Below are positions 15,617 through 21,302 of a DNA stretch of 21,302 nt, piece by piece. Both the position numbers and the translations under genes were made by a program. This DNA comes from Tolypothrix carrinoi HA7290-LM1 (GTDB lineage: Bacteria; Cyanobacteriota; Cyanobacteriia; Cyanobacteriales; Nostocaceae), in the NCBI GenBank assembly GCA_019358935.1, contig JAHHIK010000133.1:1-21302 (forward strand), given 5' to 3'. How positions within the stretch are numbered: position 1 is the stretch's first letter; every line of letters starts with the position of its first letter. Under the pieces are notes generated by a model. That model was not told the DNA's origin, did no database searches, and saw only the letters and a list, made by a program, of their open reading frames with translations.

Positions 15617-17521
15617 ATGGCAAATCATTGGGCGATCGCTATAGGCATCAATCAATATCAATTCTTTCAGCCTTTAGGTTGCGCTCAAGCAGATGCTGAG
15701 GCAGTCTTAGATTTTTTCGTTACACAAGCGGGTTTTTCATCGCAACAGTGTTTGTTGATGACAGATACTTCGCCACCTATTGGCAATAGATCGACCTATC
15801 CCAGCAAAGAAAATATTCTCGTTTTGCTTGAGGATTTGCTAGCCAATTTTTGGCAACCGCAAGACTATGTATGGTTATTCTTTAGCGGTTACGGAGTTAA
15901 TTACAACGGCAACGATTATTTAATGCCAGTAGAAGGAAATCCGGCTCAGGTGCTTCATACTGGGATTCAAGTGCGATCGCTGATGCAAAGTCTGCAATTT
16001 GCGAACTTGAATGTTGTTCTAGTGTTCGATATCAACCGCACTTTTGGCGCTCAAGGAAATACTCTTGTTGGGCAAGAAACTTTAGACCTAGCGCAAGAAC
16101 TACAAATTGCCACAATTCTTTCTTGTCAAAGCGAACAATTCTCTTACGAAAGTAACGAACTCGGTCACGGAATATTTACCGAAGCGTTGTTAGCAGCTTT
16201 GCATTCCGGTCATGGTAGCAGCTTAACAGAGCTAAAAAATTATTTGAGCCTCCGCACGCCAGAATTTTCTCAACACTACTGGCGTCCGACACAAAATCCT
16301 GTTGTGATTATTCCATCAAAACCGCAACAAATCTTACCTTACCAAGCTCAGACAAGCGACAGTGACGAAGCCTCAATTTTTCCTACAGAAGAAATCTTTG
16401 CTGTTGCTGTTTGTGCTCCCTCGCTCCAAGAAAATTCTTTCAGAGATTCGGCTCAGTTACAAGAATTTCCAGTCTCACAGCCAACCTGGGGAGAAGCCCC
16501 AAGTATAACTTCTATATCACGCAGCTTCGGAGGAGGTCAAGCAACATCAGAAGATATTTCTACCCCAAATTCGCCACAGATAACTACAGGTAGAAGATTT
16601 ATCCCTTCACCTGAACCCTACGTCTCTCAATTATCTGCTTCTCACACAACGAACTTTCCCCAAAAAAGAAGGAGATATGCTCGATTGTGGAAACAGCTTG
16701 TATTGTGGGGTGTCGGCACCACAATGGTACTAACTTCAATCGTGCTAATTTGTGTCCGCAATAAGACAGGATTTAGATTTGCGGAAATATTGCCAAAAGC
16801 ATCTAATACTGCCAATAGTGACATAAATGTGGTCAAAACACCAGATGTCCGCTCTATTTCCGAGACAATCGCCCCAGTTACACCAAAAAATCAACCAAAC
16901 TCGCAAACAGCTTTCATTTCCAAGTCGCAACAGCGAAACCAAGCTGTATTAGACTTGGCGAAAAAGTCGCTAAGACTTACTCAAGCTAGCGACTTAAGAA
17001 TGGCGATTCTTACTGCTCGGAAAATCAAAGCTGGTGAACCGCTTTACGAGCAAGCTCAGGAGAATATTAAGATTTGGAGCCAGATGATTTTAGATTTAGC
17101 GGAGGGTCGAGCCAAGCAAAAACAATATGCGAGTGCGATCGCAGCAGCTGCATTAATCACCAAAAGCGAGCCGTTTTATCCCAAAGCTCAAGCTGCAATT
17201 ACTCAGTGGCGGTTAGAAGCAAAGCAGTATGTTAGTAATAGCACCGTTTTAGACGCAGCTAACGGCTTAATTCAACCCGGACAAGCATCTACCTACAATC
17301 GGGCGATCGAAGTAGCGAAGAAAGTATCACCCGGTCAACCGGGCTTCGATGAAGCACAAAAATCGATGAATAAATGGAGTCAAATAATTTTATCTCTCGC
17401 CAAAAAGCGTGCCGCTAGAGGCGAATTTAAAGCCGCAATTGAAACCGCTCTTTTAGTTCCAGAGGTAACAGCACCTTACGAAGAAGCTCAAACAGCGATT
17501 CAAAAATGGCAAAAAAAATAA
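15617..17521 (+). CDS. Caspase-family (peptidase C14) pseudo-orthocaspase with TM helix and C-terminal helical repeats
   Basis: WAIAIGINQY, LGCAQADA, FFSGYG (His replaced by Tyr), VFDINR (Cys replaced by Asn), HGIFTEALL; TM LVLWGVGTTMVLTSIVLICV; repeated AI..A..I...P.Y..AQ..I..W units. Confidence 0.88.
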   Translation: MANHWAIAIGINQYQFFQPLGCAQADAEAVLDFFVTQAGFSSQQCLLMTDTSPPIGNRSTYPSKENILVLLEDLLANFWQPQDYVWLFFSGYGVNYNGNDYLMPVEGNPAQVLHTGIQVRSLMQSLQFANLNVVLVFDINRTFGAQGNTLVGQETLDLAQELQIATILSCQSEQFSYESNELGHGIFTEALLAALHSGHGSSLTELKNYLSLRTPEFSQHYWRPTQNPVVIIPSKPQQILPYQAQTSDSDEASIFPTEEIFAVAVCAPSLQENSFRDSAQLQEFPVSQPTWGEAPSITSISRSFGGGQATSEDISTPNSPQITTGRRFIPSPEPYVSQLSASHTTNFPQKRRRYARLWKQLVLWGVGTTMVLTSIVLICVRNKTGFRFAEILPKASNTANSDINVVKTPDVRSISETIAPVTPKNQPNSQTAFISKSQQRNQAVLDLAKKSLRLTQASDLRMAILTARKIKAGEPLYEQAQENIKIWSQMILDLAEGRAKQKQYASAIAAAALITKSEPFYPKAQAAITQWRLEAKQYVSNSTVLDAANGLIQPGQASTYNRAIEVAKKVSPGQPGFDEAQKSMNKWSQIILSLAKKRAARGEFKAAIETALLVPEVTAPYEEAQTAIQKWQKK

Positions 17522-17682
17522 TCCTTAATTGCCCTCAGGCTGGAAGCCTGGAGCGTTGCGCGTACAGAGCTGACCTAGCCTTTGGCAACGAGAGCATAAT
17601 CGCGAACGTGGGCTAATTAATCTTATTATTATGGATAAATGGTATTAGGAGCTAAGAGACGCAAAGTTACGAGTGTTTATTC

Positions 17683-17748
17683 ACTCCTAACTCCTAACTC
17701 CTAACTCCTAACTCCTAACTCCTAACTCCTAACTCCTAACTCCTAACT
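17683..17748. repeat. STRR heptamer (ACTCCTA)n
   Basis: About 9 perfect copies. Confidence 0.92.
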
Positions 17749-17751
17749 TTA

Positions 17752-18129
17752 TTAGCAATATTGTGATATATCCTCGCCGCAATCATCGGCTAGATAGCAC
17801 AGCGCTCGGAAGCGTAATCCAACCACTTCTTCATATAAGGGGTTGAGCTTACACATCGGTGGGATATGAAATAAGGTTTTGCCGAATAATTTCACATCGC
17901 GCTCAAACGGACATTGAGCAGGAATCAATTTGCACAAGCGGTGAGCAAAAGTGCGATCGCTTACTTTAATATTGTCTATCCACAGCCGCAGTGGTTGAAG
18001 AATGTCACGGTCAGGCTCTGAGGAACGACTGTACAGCGCGGTTACATTAGTGTCAGATGCATTTGCTGGATTTAACGATACCCAGCTTGCTAAAAAAATC
18101 TTTGGCGTGGTACTATCAAATACCTTCAT
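17752..18129 (-). CDS. Mo-dependent nitrogenase C-terminal-domain protein (conserved cyanobacterial family; not a nitrogenase subunit)
   Basis: LCKLIPAQCPFERD...HIPPMCKLNPLYEEVVGLRFRALCYLAD; AGAGGAG RBS before ATG 18129. Confidence 0.88.
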   Translation of the reverse strand: MKVFDSTTPKIFLASWVSLNPANASDTNVTALYSRSSEPDRDILQPLRLWIDNIKVSDRTFAHRLCKLIPAQCPFERDVKLFGKTLFHIPPMCKLNPLYEEVVGLRFRALCYLADDCGEDISQYC

Positions 18130-18488
18130 GGTTCGCTCCTCTGTGTTTGTGAAAGTCACAGAATCCGATGACTCTCTACAAGGTGTAAATGGCTTTTACT
18201 TTGAAAATCGTGTTTTGACTTAGACACACTCTGATGTTTATGTAGCTACTTAAATCAGAATCTATTTGTTACTACGTCAAGTTAACCGCACTTTTCCAAA
18301 AATAGGAACTGTACTAGTCCTATCTTGTTGATAACTTGACACAGTTTAAATTTTAATAAAGACATCTGCCTTTAGACAGGTTTTATTGTAACATTCACAA
18401 AATTTAATGCAAGTCATTTGTGCCAGTATTTTTACTGGAATTTGCAAATTGGGAATTGGGAATTGGTAATTGGGCATTGGGCATTGGG

Positions 18489-18535
18489 GAGGCAGTGCGT
18501 TGGAAAGGCTCTGCCGACTTGAAGCACCTGCCGTC
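18489..18535 (-). repeat. ~45-bp small dispersed hairpin element in an STRR tract
   Basis: Reverse complement GACGGCAGGTGCTTCAAGTCGGCAGAGCCTTTCCAACGCACTGCCTC. Confidence 0.75.
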
Positions 18536-18553
18536 ATTGGTAATAATTCTTTC

Positions 18554-18598
18554 CCCTTGTCTCCCTTGTCTCCCTTGTCTCCCTTGTCTCCCTTGTCC
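18554..18598. repeat. Nonamer tandem repeat (CCCTTGTCT)x5
   Basis: Read directly from the sequence. Confidence 0.88.
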
Positions 18599-18652
18599 CC
18601 CATTCCTTAGTCCCCAATTCCCAATCGGTTGTTCCCAGTCTTCGGTAAAAAA

Positions 18653-19849
18653 GTGATTGTTCTTAAATATGGGATTTATAGCGTATTAGGGTTGACTTAC
18701 TTAGGGTTAGCGTTGGGTAGCCTACCTGGGTTACGGATGAACCGTGCCACGATCGCTTTAGTTGGATCTGCCTTTCTGATTGCTTTGGGTGTGGTGACTT
18801 TACACGAAGCGTGGGAAGCAATTGATGCCAAAACCATCGTGTTTCTTTTGAGCATGATGGTAGTCAACGCTAATTTAGCCTATGCAGGATTTTTTCCACA
18901 GGCACTCTCGGTGTTGTTGAGTTTTACCCGCAGTCCTCTAGGTGTATTAATAGCCTTAACTTTTGGCAGTGGTATCCTCTCGGCGATTTTTCTCAATGAC
19001 ACGATAGCGCTGATTTTTACACCATTAACATTGAGCTTGACTCAAGCTTTGGGTTTAAATCCGATTCCTTATTTACTAGCAGTTGCGGGAGCAACTAATA
19101 TTGGCTCGGTAGCAACTTTGAGCGGGAATCCGCAAAATATATTGATTGGCTCGTTTTCCGGTATCGGCTATTTAGAGTTTTTACGGGCATTAATTCCAGT
19201 TGCCCTGATTGGCTTGATAATTCAGATAGGATTGCTGTGGTTGCTTTATCCAGAAGTGCGATCGCTTCAAGCGTGCGATAATTTATTCACCACAAAAACA
19301 CGTATTTTCAAACCGCTATATCAAAAAACTTTAATCATCACCACCGGATTACTCATTGCCTTTGTTGCCGGCTTACCTCTAACAGAATCTGCCTTAGTCG
19401 CTGCTAGCTTATTGCTAATTACTCGCCGAGTAAAACCACAACGCATCCTCAAAAAAGTGGATTGGAATCTGTTAGTAATGTTTTCTGGACTCTTTATCTT
19501 GACAAGAGTGACACAAAAGTTAAATTTATTGCAGCCATTCACTCATGCAATTAACTCTGCTGTTTCTTTGTTAGGGGTGACAGCTATCTTGTCTAATTTG
19601 ATTTCTAATGTTCCAGCGGTACTTCTACTGCAACCGTTGATTCCTAAAGATGACACACATTCCTGGCTGTTACTAGCAGCCGGATCAACTTTAGCTGGTA
19701 ATCTAACTTTATTTGGTTCCGTTGCTAACTTAATAGTCGCAGAAGCTGCAAATGAGTTAGGTTACAAGCTGACTTTTTGGGAGCATTTGCGCTTTGGGGC
19801 GCCGCTGACTGTATGTACTTTATTTCTGGTTTATTTGTGGGTTCATTAG
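18653..19849 (+). CDS. Anion transporter, ArsB/NhaD (IT superfamily) permease
   Basis: Multiple TM helices; LSAIFLND, ATNIGSVATLSGNPQN, VDWNLLVMFSGLF, SNLISNVPAV, STLAGNLTLFGSVANLIV. Probable GTG start at 18653. Confidence 0.92.
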   Translation: MIVLKYGIYSVLGLTYLGLALGSLPGLRMNRATIALVGSAFLIALGVVTLHEAWEAIDAKTIVFLLSMMVVNANLAYAGFFPQALSVLLSFTRSPLGVLIALTFGSGILSAIFLNDTIALIFTPLTLSLTQALGLNPIPYLLAVAGATNIGSVATLSGNPQNILIGSFSGIGYLEFLRALIPVALIGLIIQIGLLWLLYPEVRSLQACDNLFTTKTRIFKPLYQKTLIITTGLLIAFVAGLPLTESALVAASLLLITRRVKPQRILKKVDWNLLVMFSGLFILTRVTQKLNLLQPFTHAINSAVSLLGVTAILSNLISNVPAVLLLQPLIPKDDTHSWLLLAAGSTLAGNLTLFGSVANLIVAEAANELGYKLTFWEHLRFGAPLTVCTLFLVYLWVH

Positions 19850-19947
19850 TACTTTACAAGGTCACGTTTTTAAACGCAGAGGAGCGCGGAGGTAAGCGCA
19901 GAGTGACGCAGAGTTTTCGTGAAAAATTTTCGTCATGAATGCGTGTA

Positions 19948-20508
19948 CTAAGCTGAAAGCACTTGTTGAGTATTCAAGGTTAGTTGGGGAAAAATTTGAG
20001 AAATAATTAGTTGGTTTCCGGTAAAAACAGTTTGCTTGTAACTACCTTGATCTAGCAAACACACCGTCACCTTATTTTCCAGAGGGTCAACAATCCAATA
20101 CTCTATAACACCAATAGCCGCATACTCAGAAGTTTTTTGGTTATAGTCACGGTCAACAGATTCGGGACTTACTACCTCAACTATTAGCGGTGGAGCAATC
20201 TTGAGGATAGCTGAGGTACTCTCAATACTTTGTGCCTGTTCGTTAGTAATCACACAAACATCAGGTCGTCTGGGTTGTTTGTTAGTCAGCACCTCTGTAC
20301 CGTTGGGACGGGGTTGTAAAGGCAATCCGCTTTTTTGAATTTCTAAAAAGAAGCGAACTAACACTAGGGTGATAATCGCTTCATGTTTGCCAGTACCAGG
20401 AGGCATTTCTATCAGCACCCCATCCTCAAGTTCATAGCGCTTGTCCGTACCGTCATCAAAATTTAGGTAATCCTCAAGAGTGGCAATTTTGATTGGTGTT
20501 TTCGTCAT
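19948..20508 (-). CDS. Uma2/DUF820 family putative endonuclease
   Basis: RYELEDGVLIEMPP, RRPDV, PLIVEVVSP, DY..KTSEYAAIGVIEYWIVDP. Confidence 0.95.
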   Translation of the reverse strand: MTKTPIKIATLEDYLNFDDGTDKRYELEDGVLIEMPPGTGKHEAIITLVLVRFFLEIQKSGLPLQPRPNGTEVLTNKQPRRPDVCVITNEQAQSIESTSAILKIAPPLIVEVVSPESVDRDYNQKTSEYAAIGVIEYWIVDPLENKVTVCLLDQGSYKQTVFTGNQLIISQIFPQLTLNTQQVLSA

Positions 20509-20527
20509 AGCGATCGCCTTTTCAGTA

Positions 20528-21100
20528 TCAAGCGGCAGGTTTTTTGGCTTTATCTAACATCGTAGCCAGAAGCTGATCGCGCTCAAGCTGCGAACCGTCG
20601 AACCATGTAACCTGTCCAAACGTGTCATCTACAATCTTCCTTTTTTCTTGGTAGATGTGGACGTGAATACCTGCCTCTTGAGGCAGATCGCTAGTCCAAA
20701 GAACAGCTGGTGTCGATGACCACACCTTGACTTGACAATTTTGGTAGTCTCTCAGGTCAAGGATGCGATCGCTATCAACAAAGTCTGGGTTTTTTGTGAG
20801 TTTGTTTGCTAATTCGCTGAGGGGACTGCTGACAATAGGTTCCTTTGACCAGTTAGAATCAACGCCACAGTTGCCGCAGAAGTGCTTTTTGTGTGGGTTT
20901 TTAGCGAAATCACCAAGGTCTAGGTGTGGGTGTTGGCAGGTGTGACAGTATAGTGTTCCTAGAGGCAGATTATTAATCAATGCTTCTAAATATGCCAGCG
21001 CCGAAGGTGGAGCTATAACAACCCTTTTTATCAGTGCATTACCAAATAACGGCAGTGAATCACACGATGTTACTACTACCGCCGGGGTTTTTAATCTCAC
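20528..21100 (-). CDS. Hypothetical Cys/His-motif (probable Zn-binding) protein; N-terminus uncertain or disrupted
   Basis: YCHTCQHPHLD...PHKKHFCGNCG and GIHVH motifs. The GTG start is weak, and an out-of-frame ATG mini-ORF (MIIKREIKNPGGSSNIV*) overlaps it. Confidence 0.65.
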   Translation of the reverse strand: MRLKTPAVVVTSCDSLPLFGNALIKRVVIAPPSALAYLEALINNLPLGTLYCHTCQHPHLDLGDFAKNPHKKHFCGNCGVDSNWSKEPIVSSPLSELANKLTKNPDFVDSDRILDLRDYQNCQVKVWSSTPAVLWTSDLPQEAGIHVHIYQEKRKIVDDTFGQVTWFDGSQLERDQLLATMLDKAKKPAA

Positions 21101-21177
21101 GCTTGATAATCATATCCGACCCTTTATTTAAACCAGTTTCCATATACGGAACAGGAATATTTTAAAGCAAGTCTCGT

Positions 21178-21302
21178 TTGACACTCCCCTGATTGTACAA
21201 ATTTCGCTATCGCTCATTTGTACAGAAAATCAGGGGATTCTACATTCTTCCTAGTTACTTGCTCTACTAGGGTTTCCCCAAGTAGAGTAGAGGTCACTAG
21301 TC
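21178..21302 (-). mobile_element. Right end / omega-RNA region of a second IS200/IS605 element (continues beyond the window)
   Basis: The minus strand ...CTCTACTTGGGGAAACCCTAGTAGAG...AGAATCCCCTGATT...AATCAGGGGAGTGTCAA is colinear with 7075-7171 and ends in the same GGGGAGTGTCAA. Confidence 0.85.
21214..21300 (-). CDS. tnpB: C-terminal tail of a TnpB (partial): LVTSTLLGETLVEQVTRKNVESPDFLYK*
   Basis: Typical cyanobacterial TnpB tail (STL.GE.L.EQV...N.ESP) overlapping the right end. The ORF body lies outside the window and cannot be checked. Confidence 0.55.
   Translation of the reverse strand, partial: LVTSTLLGETLVEQVTRKNVESPDFLYK

Larger units (their letters stand above)
340..20771. repeat. 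HIP1 octamer GCGATCGC, 28 dispersed copies counted
   Basis: Manual count, for example at 340, 431, 683, 837, 1479, 4146, 9385, 15632 and 20764; a hallmark of cyanobacterial DNA. Confidence 0.9.

Noticed and set aside
17752..18129. Evidence for a nif cluster
   Set aside because: The domain name is historical; no nif structural genes are present in the window.
18346..18656. 85-aa and 78-aa ORFs with GDK/PCL repeats (collagen-like or Cys-rich appearance)
   Set aside because: Translations of the 9-bp tandem repeat and STRRs in an intergenic region.
21104..21117. Zur-like TGATAATCATATCC
   Set aside because: Only one good half-site with wrong spacing; it coincides with ATG ATT ATC codons.

Overview
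The window is from a heterocyst-forming (Nostocales-type) cyanobacterial chromosome, judged by 28 HIP1 octamers (GCGATCGC), many STRR tandem repeats and cyanobacterial gene families. Left to right: a conserved membrane protein and dapB (both -); a small secreted GCxCxxC protein; then a decaying accessory patch (about 3.05-7.2 kb). That patch holds a psaK pseudogene missed by the ORF track, split by a ~445-bp ORF-less IS607-like element that keeps a TnpB omega-RNA-like right end, plus an ORFan, a 21-bp VNTR and an IS200/IS605 element (intact tnpA, frameshifted tnpB). Next come sufE and an alpha/beta hydrolase. A zinc-starvation cluster with three Zur boxes follows: All3515-type PEP-CTERM protein, COG0523 GTPase, WD40 protein, a second GCxCxxC protein and a ZnuA-like lipoprotein. 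The rest is a conserved hypothetical protein, a pseudo-orthocaspase, a Mo-nitrogenase-C-terminal-domain protein, an anion transporter, a Uma2 endonuclease, a Cys/His-motif protein, and the right end of a second IS605-type tnpB element at the window edge. The most notable finding is the omega-RNA-only mini-element, whose predicted guide is the 3' end of psaK. All family assignments come from recognising motifs by eye; no database searches were run.
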